This document shows, piece after piece, positions 19,823 through 28,462 of a stretch of DNA of 64,000 bases. The translations under genes and the position numbers were made by a program. Numbering within the stretch: the stretch's first letter is position 1; every line of letters starts with the position of its first letter. Under the pieces are notes generated by a model that worked only from the letters and a program-made list of their open reading frames with translations, was not told where the DNA came from and did not search any database. Location: NCBI GenBank assembly GCA_026395055.1, contig JAPLZK010000003.1, forward strand, positions 99,855 to 163,854, given 5' to 3'. This stretch comes from Candidatus Uhrbacteria bacterium. GTDB lineage: Bacteria > Patescibacteriota > Patescibacteriia > UBA9934 > GWF2-40-263.

Positions 19823-19846
19823 GTAGGGAAGGGTCGTGACCCTTCC
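19823..19846 (+). repeat. GTAG-type REP-like palindrome
   Basis: GTAG-GGAAGGGTC-GT-GACCCTTCC. Confidence 0.7.
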
Positions 19847-19936
19847 GCTTAGAAGATTTGTATTTAAATTCGTTCGAAGTATAACGGAATTCAGCGAAAA
19901 GTCAATGATTGCAGAGAAACAAAAACACAGCCTTTG

Positions 19937-20920
19937 TTAGACTGCGTAAAGAAGTTGAATTTCTGGTCCGTACGTCAATGTGAGTGTTCGAAGTGGTAGT
20001 GCGTCATCCATTGGCGTTGGCCATTTGTGGAGATCACCATCTAAGAGAAGACGAGGATCTTTTGTCTTGATTTCAACACGTTTGGCGTTATCGTTGAACG
20101 TGTGAAGGTCTGTAAGTGGGGAAGCCCAGCCGTTCCAAATCATGGGAACGCTTGCTGCGAGTGCAGCGAAATTACCCCAGTAAACGTAAAGCGGAAACGA
20201 ATCAGTTCCAGGACTCTTGAGAAATGGACGACATTTTGGCAAAAACTCCGGAACTGTTGCTGCCATGAAGGCCGCATATTGGTCAAAGCCAAGCATATTG
20301 CCGTCGATCGCAACCTTCCCATCAATGGGTTTGATGCGTCCGTGCCGTCCCTGAATCATGTTTTTGGCAAAGTCGCCAATAACCGTTCCAATTAGTTTCA
20401 GGACATCAAAGAGATCTCCTTTGCCAGCTTCTTCATACCATTCAACAAAATCACAAAGGATTCCATTTCCGATCACTGCGCCGTAACGGCGCTCGCCTGA
20501 AAGTGAATCGGTGACACAGACGGGGCGCCATGCCTTTGCCTTGAGCGTGACGCGTCCTGAATCGATGGCGGCAAGATTGACCGCAGGGTCTGTGCTTTTC
20601 AGCCCAACGAACTTACACATGAAGTTGAATTGTCCGCCGCCGACAGGAATCAGTTTAGGACGTTTTTCAACGGGCTGTGTGAGCGCCCAGTTCAACATTT
20701 GATTGAATGTACCGTCTCCGCCAACCACGTAGACTTTTGTGTTCGTAAGCGACTTCTGTGATTTTGCAATCAGCTCAAGGGCTTCGATCACATCCGCCAC
20801 AGTGTCTGCCTCAACGATGGTGCGTTTTCTGCGTCTGATAATTGAGATCAATCGTGCTCGAAGGGTTTTGTCTACGCGTAAACTTCTTGCGTATTGGTTC
20901 ATGATGACAATGTCGTTCAC
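19937..20920 (-). CDS. Diacylglycerol/lipid kinase family protein (divergent)
   Basis: N-terminal IMNQYA, VVGGDGTFN, PVGGGQFNF, LLDGD; AAGGAG SD before GTG. Confidence 0.75.
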   Translation of the reverse strand: MNDIVIMNQYARSLRVDKTLRARLISIIRRRKRTIVEADTVADVIEALELIAKSQKSLTNTKVYVVGGDGTFNQMLNWALTQPVEKRPKLIPVGGGQFNFMCKFVGLKSTDPAVNLAAIDSGRVTLKAKAWRPVCVTDSLSGERRYGAVIGNGILCDFVEWYEEAGKGDLFDVLKLIGTVIGDFAKNMIQGRHGRIKPIDGKVAIDGNMLGFDQYAAFMAATVPEFLPKCRPFLKSPGTDSFPLYVYWGNFAALAASVPMIWNGWASPLTDLHTFNDNAKRVEIKTKDPRLLLDGDLHKWPTPMDDALPLRTLTLTYGPEIQLLYAV

Positions 20921-20975
20921 GTGTGTCTCCTTCAGGAAAGAACTGGTGAGAGGTTAGGTGTTTTTTGTGAATATG

Positions 20976-21461
20976 TCAATGGCGAGGTGCAGGGCAAATA
21001 TCAATTCCGCCATGTTTTTCAACATAGTTTTGATGGTACTCTTCTGCTGGATAAAATGTTTTTGCTGGGACAATCTCGGTTGCGATGGGGTTTTGAAAGA
21101 GGTGTGTATGCTCGAGTGTGTGCCGAGATGATTCCGCGACTTGTTTTTGATCCTCGTTGTGAAAAAAAATAACGGATCTGTATTGAGAACCTACATCAGG
21201 ACCTTGGCGATTCACTTGTGTTGGGTCATGAAGCTTCCAGAATGCGTCCACAAGTTCTGAATACGAAATGTGTTCAGGGTCAAATACAACCTCAACGGCT
21301 TCTGCATGACCCGTGTTTCCACGACAGACATTTTCGTACGTTGGATTCTCGAGCGTCCCGCCGGTATAACCCGCTCGCGTTGAGACGACGCCGGGAAGTG
21401 CATTAAAAATATATTGCACATGCCAAAAACATCCGGCGGCGAAGGTGGCGAGAGAAGTCAT
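20976..21461 (-). CDS. msrA: Peptide-methionine (S)-S-oxide reductase
   Basis: AAGCFW, GYTGG, NPTYENVC, GHAEAV, HDPTQ, QYRS, AEEYHQNY. Confidence 0.95.
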   Translation of the reverse strand: MTSLATFAAGCFWHVQYIFNALPGVVSTRAGYTGGTLENPTYENVCRGNTGHAEAVEVVFDPEHISYSELVDAFWKLHDPTQVNRQGPDVGSQYRSVIFFHNEDQKQVAESSRHTLEHTHLFQNPIATEIVPAKTFYPAEEYHQNYVEKHGGIDICPAPRH

Positions 21462-21462
21462 A

Positions 21463-21547
21463 TCAAGAAGTCGAGTAGTCAAGTTTATTAATCCTGAGTA
21501 AAATAATCGTAGCATTTTTTCTTTAACTCAACTACTCGACTTCTTGA
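21463..21547. repeat. 23-bp inverted repeat spanning the msrA/msrB divergent intergenic region
   Basis: TCAAGAAGTCGAGTAGTCAAGTT (21463-85) versus AACTCAACTACTCGACTTCTTGA (21525-47); 21 of 23 positions complementary. Confidence 0.8.
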
Positions 21548-21554
21548 CTCCTCG

Positions 21555-21941
21555 ATGACTCATATGTCCCAACCTCTCAATCAAAACCTTACACCTGAAC
21601 AAAAGAATATTTGTTTCTTGAAAGGGACAGAGCCGCCATTCTCGGGCAAGTATGTGGACTTCCATGAGAACGGAATGTTTACCTGCGTGAATTGTGGACA
21701 GACGCTTTTTTCCTCGAGTACAAAGTTTGATTCCGGTTCTGGTTGGCCAAGTTTTTCAGATATTGGGGATCAAGGGCATGTGAAATTGTCGGATGACACC
21801 TCAATTGGCATGCATCGAACAGAAGTAACGTGTGCGAATTGCGGAGCTCATCTCGGGCACGTGTTTGATGATGGGCCAACGCCAACAAGAAAGCGTTATT
21901 GTATCAATTCACTCGCGCTCGATTTTAAAAAGAAGGAATAA
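21555..21941 (+). CDS. msrB: Peptide-methionine (R)-S-oxide reductase
   Basis: [45 protein letters not shown]. Confidence 0.95.
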   Translation: MTHMSQPLNQNLTPEQKNICFLKGTEPPFSGKYVDFHENGMFTCVNCGQTLFSSSTKFDSGSGWPSFSDIGDQGHVKLSDDTSIGMHRTEVTCANCGAHLGHVFDDGPTPTRKRYCINSLALDFKKKE

Positions 21942-21944
21942 AAC

Positions 21945-21976
21945 AAAATCCTCAAGCGTGTGCTTGAGGATTTTTT
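21945..21976. terminator. Bidirectional intrinsic terminator
   Basis: AAAATCCTCAAGC-gtgt-GCTTGAGGATTTTTT. Confidence 0.85.
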
Positions 21977-21977
21977 G

Positions 21978-23486
21978 TTATCCATGATTCATTGGTCTTG
22001 GATTGTGACCTTGATACCCTTGGCCACCGCCTTGGCGCTTTCGGTCGAAAGGCTTTGAAGCGGTACGTGATTGACTAGAGGTAGTTGATGGACTAGATGA
22101 TGAAGCGCCATCCTTTTTGATATCTTTGTATTGGAATACTTTTTCTTTTGGTTTTCCGCCGTAGGAGCTGTCTTTGGATTTTCCGTAAGAGTTTCCTCCA
22201 CGTGAAGTTCCGTAAGAGCCTCCCTGCCTGCCGGCAGGCGAGGCGCTGCGTGATCCACCTCCGCTGCCGTATCCGCCGCTGCGTCCACCTTTTTGATAAG
22301 ATCCACGACCTCCGCGACGATCATCGCGTTCTGGTTCGTAAACTGGTGCTGCACGGTGAGCGGGTAATTCTGGAAGAGGGGAAACGTTAATCTTTGTACG
22401 AATCAAGCGTTCAATGATTTGCAAATCACGCTTTTGATCTGGTGTTGCAAACGAAATAGCTTTTCCGGTTCGTCCTGCGCGACCTGTTCGACCAATACGG
22501 TGAACGTAATCTTCCGCTTGGTCTGGCAAATCAAAGTTGATAACGAGTTCAATATTTGTGACGTCAATTCCGCGAGATGCAATGTCTGTTGCAACGAGGA
22601 CGCGCGTTCTTCCAGATTTAAATCCAGCGAGCGCCATCTTGCGTTGGTTCAAAGATTTGTTTGAGTGAATTTCGGAAACGGTATGTCCCATTTTCTCAAT
22701 CACGGTTGTGATCTTTTTTGCGCCGTGTTTTGTTCGGCTAAAGACCAAAACAGATCCTTTATAATCGCTAAGTATTTTATCAAGGAGACGCAACTTGTCG
22801 CCTTTTCCAACCATGAAGAATTCTTGTTCCACGTTTGCGTTCGCTGTTCCTTGGCGAGCCATTTCAATACGAAGTGGCTTTTTCATGTATTTTTCTGCGA
22901 TTTGAGAAATCTTTTCTGGCATGGTTGCAGAGAACAACATGGTTTGGCGTTCTTTTGGTACTGCCGCAAGAATCTTTTTGATTTGTGGTTCAAATCCCAT
23001 GTCGAGCATTCGATCTGCTTCATCAAGGACCAAAACTTTTACGTTTTGCAAACCAAGAATTTTTTGCTCCATGTGATCAAGTAAACGACCTGGAGTTGCA
23101 ACAATAACATGTGGCTTATTGCGAAGTGCTTTGATCTGCAAACTCATGGCAGCTCCACCAATAAGAACAGCGGTTCTGAGACCAAATGGTTTTGAAAGCT
23201 TTTGAAGGGTTTCTTCAACTTGAAGCGCAAGTTCACGTGTAGGAAGCAAAATAAGCCCCTGACCTTTGTTCACGGAAATTTGCTGCATCATTGGAATAGA
23301 AAACGCAAGTGTTTTTCCGGTTCCTGTTTGGGCGATTCCGATAAGGTCTTCACCTGTTACTCCGATTGGAATCGCTTTTTCTTGAATAGGGGTTGGATTG
23401 TGAAATCCAAGTTTACTCAAGTGGGTAAGAAGATCTGGAAAGATCCCGAGTCCGTCAAAAGACGGTTTTTTTTCTGTCTCTGTCAT
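21978..23486 (-). CDS. DEAD-box RNA helicase (RhlE/CshA-like)
   Basis: Q motif, AQTGTGKT, PTRELA, TPGR, DEAD, SAT, HRIGRTGR; RG/GS-rich tail. Confidence 0.95.
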   Translation of the reverse strand: MTETEKKPSFDGLGIFPDLLTHLSKLGFHNPTPIQEKAIPIGVTGEDLIGIAQTGTGKTLAFSIPMMQQISVNKGQGLILLPTRELALQVEETLQKLSKPFGLRTAVLIGGAAMSLQIKALRNKPHVIVATPGRLLDHMEQKILGLQNVKVLVLDEADRMLDMGFEPQIKKILAAVPKERQTMLFSATMPEKISQIAEKYMKKPLRIEMARQGTANANVEQEFFMVGKGDKLRLLDKILSDYKGSVLVFSRTKHGAKKITTVIEKMGHTVSEIHSNKSLNQRKMALAGFKSGRTRVLVATDIASRGIDVTNIELVINFDLPDQAEDYVHRIGRTGRAGRTGKAISFATPDQKRDLQIIERLIRTKINVSPLPELPAHRAAPVYEPERDDRRGGRGSYQKGGRSGGYGSGGGSRSASPAGRQGGSYGTSRGGNSYGKSKDSSYGGKPKEKVFQYKDIKKDGASSSSPSTTSSQSRTASKPFDRKRQGGGQGYQGHNPRPMNHG

Positions 23487-23640
23487 AAGATAAGGCAGCC
23501 AAAGACGCTTATGGAAACCAAAAGGTGACCAAAGGCCATGGAAGCGTTAAAAAAATTACGACCCGTTTTTCCATCAGGTCGTAATACAGACAAGAGGCCA
23601 CGAGTCATGCTCGAATGATGTCGAGCGAAATTATGTTGAA

Positions 23641-23669
23641 AGACTATCAGGAAAAGCCCGCTCTGTCAA
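23641..23669 (-). promoter_or_regulatory. Sigma70 promoter of the DEAD-box helicase gene
   Basis: TTGACA-17-TAGTCT on the minus strand, giving a leader of about 150 nt. Confidence 0.6.
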
Positions 23670-23763
23670 TGAATCGAGGTGAATCCAGAGTAATCATTGA
23701 CATTATGCGCCTTTTGACGTAGGTTCATCTCTTCATCATTGGTGGTGAAGACGTGAGGAACAT

Positions 23764-24153
23764 ATGAAAAAGGCTTGGATTGCTGGTGCGATTGTTCTCA
23801 TCACTGCGGGCGTGAGCCTGTGGAGCTATAATAAAGCGGTCGGACTCGCAGTATTTGTGGGCTCCAAGGCGGATGCCGAGGAGAATTTGGCAACGTACGC
23901 GAAGGACATGAACGTCAAAGTGGTGGGCAAGAGCTGCGCGGAGACGGATTCGGATGGAGATCACTACATTTCCTGCACGGCACGTTTTCAGGAAACCGAT
24001 GGCGGACCTGTGACGGAGCGCTATCTCGAATGTGGTTCTGGCGCATGGGGTGCGCGTACGGGCGGGTGTAAGCCCAAGCTTGGCGCTTACCCAATGATGC
24101 CTGCTCCCGCAGCGGTTGCTCCGGCACCTGTGCCGCCATCCGCGCAGAAGTAA
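23764..24153 (+). CDS. Exported/membrane-anchored 4-Cys protein with DxDxD motif
   Basis: N-terminal hydrophobic helix; SCAETDSDGDHYISC...LECGSG...RTGGCK; Pro-rich tail; GAGG SD. Confidence 0.8.
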   Translation: MKKAWIAGAIVLITAGVSLWSYNKAVGLAVFVGSKADAEENLATYAKDMNVKVVGKSCAETDSDGDHYISCTARFQETDGGPVTERYLECGSGAWGARTGGCKPKLGAYPMMPAPAAVAPAPVPPSAQK

Positions 24154-24156
24154 GTC

Positions 24157-24462
24157 ATGAGAAGTCTCGTCATTTTTCTTCTCGTTCTCGTAAGTTGCGG
24201 AAAACCTCGGTCTTCGAATGAAACCGCCCATTCAAATATTCACCGTTACGTTCATGGGACCCATCTGCAGATCAACATGATCAACTGTAATGAAGAAGGT
24301 CCAACGAACGATGATCATGTTTACTGTGTTGCGATGGTTCGCGATGAAATCGAAGGAAGCGAATCTGAGGTTCATCTCAAATGTGATCAGACACGCATGG
24401 TCGGATCCAAATATCGTCAACGCCACGAATCAACGGGCTGCGTTCTCAATATGCCGCCTTAG
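24157..24462 (+). CDS. Putative lipoprotein, diverged paralogue of the flanking 4-Cys proteins
   Basis: Lipobox-like LVLVS-C; C..NDDHVYC...LKC...TGC spacing. Confidence 0.65.
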   Translation: MRSLVIFLLVLVSCGKPRSSNETAHSNIHRYVHGTHLQINMINCNEEGPTNDDHVYCVAMVRDEIEGSESEVHLKCDQTRMVGSKYRQRHESTGCVLNMPP

Positions 24463-24504
24463 TCTTTCTCAATCGAGCAGATGCTCGATTTTTTGTTTGA
24501 TCTC

Positions 24505-24533
24505 TTGACAATTTGGGATATTTCAGGTATATT
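24505..24533 (+). promoter_or_regulatory. Sigma70 promoter of the pilin-like gene
   Basis: TTGACA-17-TATATT. Confidence 0.65.
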
Positions 24534-24591
24534 CCGACGTCTGAATCGTGAGCAGTTTGCGAGGAGGACGTGGTTTTTTCAGGAGGTTCCC

Positions 24592-24939
24592 GTGAAGAAA
24601 GGTTTTACGCTGATCGAACTCATGATCGTTCTTGCGATCATCTCAATCCTTGCAGTCGTGGTGGGTGGCATGTTCCGTGGCTGTTCGGCTGTTTCCGGTA
24701 GCAAGCAGGAGGCCATGGCCACCATGCGCACCTACGCGACGGAAATGGGTTGGAAGATGGTTGGTGGCACGTGTGCCGACACCGATTCCGACGGTGACGG
24801 TTACATCAGCTGTACCATCAATGTCCAGGAAGTCGAAGGTGCGCCTCCGGTCGCAAAAGCCCTTCAGTGCGCTTCCGGCGCCGCGATTTCTCGTACGGGC
24901 GGCTGTAAGCTGGCCCAAGGTGTCTATCAGCAGCAGTAG
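24592..24939 (+). CDS. Type IV prepilin-like protein with 4-Cys/DSDGDG globular domain
   Basis: AGGAGG SD then GTG; KKG|FTLIELMIVLAIISILAVV cleavage/methylation motif; TCADTDSDGDGYISC...LQCASG...RTGGCK. Confidence 0.88.
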   Translation: MKKGFTLIELMIVLAIISILAVVVGGMFRGCSAVSGSKQEAMATMRTYATEMGWKMVGGTCADTDSDGDGYISCTINVQEVEGAPPVAKALQCASGAAISRTGGCKLAQGVYQQQ

Positions 24940-24967
24940 TTTCTCCGGCGATTCACTTCGCCAAACT

Positions 24968-24996
24968 CAAAACGAGCTATCAGAGCTCGTTTTTTT
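24968..24996. terminator. Bidirectional intrinsic terminator
   Basis: AAAACGAGCT-atcag-AGCTCGTTTTTTT. Confidence 0.8.
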
Positions 24997-24998
24997 CT

Positions 24999-26117
24999 TT
25001 ATCGAATAGATTGATACCCACCAACAACGCCTTTTTTTGAAAGCACAATTTGCCACAACTGATTTCGTCGAGAGCGAAATGAAGCGGCGCATGTGAGGAG
25101 ATAAAATTTCCACATGCGGTAAAAACGTTCGCTGTATTGATCTTTTAGAAGTGGCCACGCGTTCTCAAAGTTCGCAAACCAATGCATGAGCGTCGTGTCG
25201 TAATCCGCACTGAAGTTGTGAATGTCTTCGATGATAAACAAGGGTTCAACGGTTTTTGTGATTTGCGCGAGCGAGGGAAGCATGGAGTTTGGAAAGATGT
25301 ATTTTTCTATCCATGGATCTGTTGATGTGACGGATTGTGTTGCACCAATTGTGTGAAGTAAAAAGAGTCCGTCATCTTTTAAACATCTGTTTGCAACTCG
25401 CATGTAGTCGCGATAATTTTTATATCCAACGTGTTCGAACATGCCAAGAGAAACAATGTGATCAAATTTTTCATCGACTTCACGGTAATCTTGATAGCGT
25501 AATTCAACATCTAGTCCCTCGCAAGATTTTTGTGCAAGGGCGAGTTGTTCTTGGGAAATGGTAATGCCGACTACATGCGCGCCATATTTTTCTGCGGCAA
25601 ATTTTGCAAAGCTGCCCCAACCACAGCCGATATCAAGAACACGATCACCAGCCTTTAATCCAATTTTTCGACAGACGAGATCTAGTTTTGCTTCTTGAGC
25701 AGAGTCAAGATCGGATGCATTTGGCCAGTATCCACAGGTATAGACCATTCGTTTGTCGAGCATGGCCTCATATAATTTATTTCCGACATCGTAATGCACT
25801 TCACCAACTTCGAATGCGCGTTTTTGCGATTGGCGATTGAGAAGAGATGATGCAAGCAAAAGCGCAATCTCTTTTCTGTTTTTTCGTAGTCTAGATTGAA
25901 CATCGATAGAAAAAATTCTGGTAATGAATTCGTCAATGGCTGCACATTCCCACCAGCCGTCCATGTAGCTTTCGCCGAGGCCAAGTGAACCTTGTGACAG
26001 AACACGGTTATAAAATCGTTCATTCAATACGTGAATATCCCAGGGATTATTTCCATTCATGGTAATTCCTGTTCCGAGAAGGAGTGTTTGAATTTGGGAT
26101 TGTGTTTTTGAAGACAT
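24999..26117 (-). CDS. cfa: Cyclopropane-fatty-acyl-phospholipid synthase
   Basis: GSLGLGESYMDGWW, HYDVGN, YTCGYW, LDIGCGWG, GMFEHVG, WIEKYIFP, RFYRMW. Confidence 0.95.
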   Translation of the reverse strand: MSSKTQSQIQTLLLGTGITMNGNNPWDIHVLNERFYNRVLSQGSLGLGESYMDGWWECAAIDEFITRIFSIDVQSRLRKNRKEIALLLASSLLNRQSQKRAFEVGEVHYDVGNKLYEAMLDKRMVYTCGYWPNASDLDSAQEAKLDLVCRKIGLKAGDRVLDIGCGWGSFAKFAAEKYGAHVVGITISQEQLALAQKSCEGLDVELRYQDYREVDEKFDHIVSLGMFEHVGYKNYRDYMRVANRCLKDDGLFLLHTIGATQSVTSTDPWIEKYIFPNSMLPSLAQITKTVEPLFIIEDIHNFSADYDTTLMHWFANFENAWPLLKDQYSERFYRMWKFYLLTCAASFRSRRNQLWQIVLSKKGVVGGYQSIR

Positions 26118-26211
26118 AAGAATGCTTAGTACAAGTACTCTAGCACATCTTGGCTAAATGCAACCATTCTAGGTAGAATACGATGTAATTGTTGAATGAA
26201 TAATTATTTAT

Positions 26212-27504
26212 ATGTCTTTATTTAAAAAAGAATTATTGAAAGAAGGAGACAATCGATCATTTTTGGTCGGACTCTTGGGTGGCGTCTGCGGAAGCGTTAT
26301 GACGTTTGTGCTTGTATTTATTGTCATGCACACAATGATCTCAAGATTTCAGCCGCTTTTTAACTCTGTCTCAAGACCAATTTCTTCGCTTCCCATGTTT
26401 GCAGGAACAAAAGAGTTGTCAAAGAATGTTTCAAAAAACGTAAAGCAATCACAAGACTCTGCAGGATTTCAGCACTCACCTGATGTGAGCGATATTGTGG
26501 CAAAGGTGAATCCAGCCGTTGTCTCTATTGTTATTTCAAAAGACGTTCCCGTCATGGAGCAATATTTTGTAAACCCGTTTGGAAGCAATAGCCCATTTGG
26601 AAATGTTCAAATTCCACAATACCGACAGCACGGTACACAATCCAAAGAGGTGGGGGGTGGTTCCGGGTTTATTATTTCCACAGATGGATACATTGTAAGT
26701 AATGCGCACGTCGTGAATGATCCAAATGCTAAGTACACCGTCTTTTTAAATGGGGGAAAAAAATATGACGCACAGGTAACGGCGTTAGACGACACGCTTG
26801 ATATCGCTCTTTTAAAAATTGATGCAAAAGATCTTCCGTACGTAGAATTTGGAAATTCAGATCAACTTAAGCTTGGGCAGTCCGTCATCGCAATCGGAAA
26901 TGCGCTCGGGGAATTTCGTAACACCGTCTCAACAGGCGTTGTCTCTGGTCTTGCTCGATCCATCACGGCACAAGACGGACAAGGTTCCGAGAATCTCGAC
27001 AATCTGATCCAAACGGATGCAGCTATTAATCCAGGAAACTCCGGTGGACCATTGTTGAATCTCGATGGCCAAGTTGTTGGGGTGGATGTGGCAATTGCAC
27101 AAGGTTCCGAGAACGTCGGATTTGCATTGCCAATCAACATGATTAAGTCCTCGATTGAATCCATGAAAACAAACGGACGAAGCATTCATCCATTCCTTGG
27201 CATCCGCTATATTCCAATCACGGCTGATTTGCAGAAACAAAATCATTTGAGTGTAGATTACGGAATCCTGGTTGTGCGCGGTGAACAACAAACGGACCTC
27301 GCCGTTGTTCCTGGTTCTCCAGCAAATAAGGCAGGAATTGTTGAATACGATATTATTTTAGAGGCAGATGGAAAAAAGATTGATGCTGATCATCCGCTCA
27401 CAACGCTCATGAGACAAAAGAAAGTGGGAGATCAACTTAAACTAAAAGTGGTCCACGGCGGAGTACAAAAGGATGTCGTGGTTACACTAGAGGAAGCAAA
27501 ATAA
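26212..27504 (+). CDS. HtrA/DegP-family serine protease with one PDZ domain
   Basis: TM anchor, GSGFII, NAHVV, DIALLK, IQTDAAINPGNSGGPL, PDZ domain. Confidence 0.95.
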   Translation: MSLFKKELLKEGDNRSFLVGLLGGVCGSVMTFVLVFIVMHTMISRFQPLFNSVSRPISSLPMFAGTKELSKNVSKNVKQSQDSAGFQHSPDVSDIVAKVNPAVVSIVISKDVPVMEQYFVNPFGSNSPFGNVQIPQYRQHGTQSKEVGGGSGFIISTDGYIVSNAHVVNDPNAKYTVFLNGGKKYDAQVTALDDTLDIALLKIDAKDLPYVEFGNSDQLKLGQSVIAIGNALGEFRNTVSTGVVSGLARSITAQDGQGSENLDNLIQTDAAINPGNSGGPLLNLDGQVVGVDVAIAQGSENVGFALPINMIKSSIESMKTNGRSIHPFLGIRYIPITADLQKQNHLSVDYGILVVRGEQQTDLAVVPGSPANKAGIVEYDIILEADGKKIDADHPLTTLMRQKKVGDQLKLKVVHGGVQKDVVVTLEEAK

Positions 27505-27551
27505 AAACCTCCAGATCATGATGATCCGGAGGTAAGAAGAGAAAAAGCGAG

Positions 27552-28358
27552 TCAGGGTTCTGTTTTGTGAACAGTTCCTTTGCTACGCTTTTTTTCTTTG
27601 CGTGCAAGTCGTTTGGCAACACGCTTCACTTTCATGTCCGCGTATTTTGCGAGAAAGAGATGTGCAGAAAGCGAGAGGAATCCGAAGATCATTGCCCCAA
27701 CCAAGAGCGTGTTTGAGATGATCTGTGTTGTCTCGTTGTGAGGGACAAGGACGATCACCGCAACCACAGCCACTTCGATGAAGATTTTGTATTTGCCTGC
27801 GCGATTCGCGGCAGCATCGCCAATCTTGAAATAGCGTTTGATCGGACGAACGAGCGTGAGCGCAATCGCTGTTACGAAACTGATGATGATGAGTGTGGTT
27901 GAGACATAGCCCCAACCGCGTGTGAAAAGAGCGACGTAGTATTTCACTTTGTCGGCAAAGGGATCCAGTGCCGTACCAAGGTTTGATGAGCCTCTCAGGA
28001 AAAATCGACGCCAAATTGGGATGAGGCGCTCTTCTTCAAGCGAAAGCTTTTTGAGCCCGTACTTTTTGTCTTGATAGCGCGCAAGTGCTCCATCAAGCCA
28101 ATCGCACAGGAAACAGATGATGGTGATGACGGCACCAATCGCGGTCGAGAGCAAGTCTGTCTGGAGAAAGAAGTATGCCATCGGAAGGCATAAAACCATT
28201 CCAGTCATGGTAATGAGATTCGGCCTGGTCCAATCAAACCAGGAAGCTACGCGATTGGAAAATCCACTCACCTGCGAGAATTCAGGTTTTGAGAGCCATT
28301 CGGCAGCTTCGTGGACTTCAGGCGCGTCTAGCAAATCTTCGTTTTCATCTTGGGTCAT
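27552..28358 (-). CDS. CDP-alcohol phosphatidyltransferase family protein
   Basis: PNLIT, DWLDGALAR...G..LDPFADK with an unusually long insert; GGAGG SD. Confidence 0.85.
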   Translation of the reverse strand: MTQDENEDLLDAPEVHEAAEWLSKPEFSQVSGFSNRVASWFDWTRPNLITMTGMVLCLPMAYFFLQTDLLSTAIGAVITIICFLCDWLDGALARYQDKKYGLKKLSLEEERLIPIWRRFFLRGSSNLGTALDPFADKVKYYVALFTRGWGYVSTTLIIISFVTAIALTLVRPIKRYFKIGDAAANRAGKYKIFIEVAVVAVIVLVPHNETTQIISNTLLVGAMIFGFLSLSAHLFLAKYADMKVKRVAKRLARKEKKRSKGTVHKTEP

Positions 28359-28462
28359 GTTTGCCTCCTACCAAGGTTGGTAGAGTAGCAAAAAAGTGAT
28401 GAATTGTCAATGTTCGAAATCAAAAAAACGGAGTATACTCTGTGTATTCTTAACTTTTTCTT

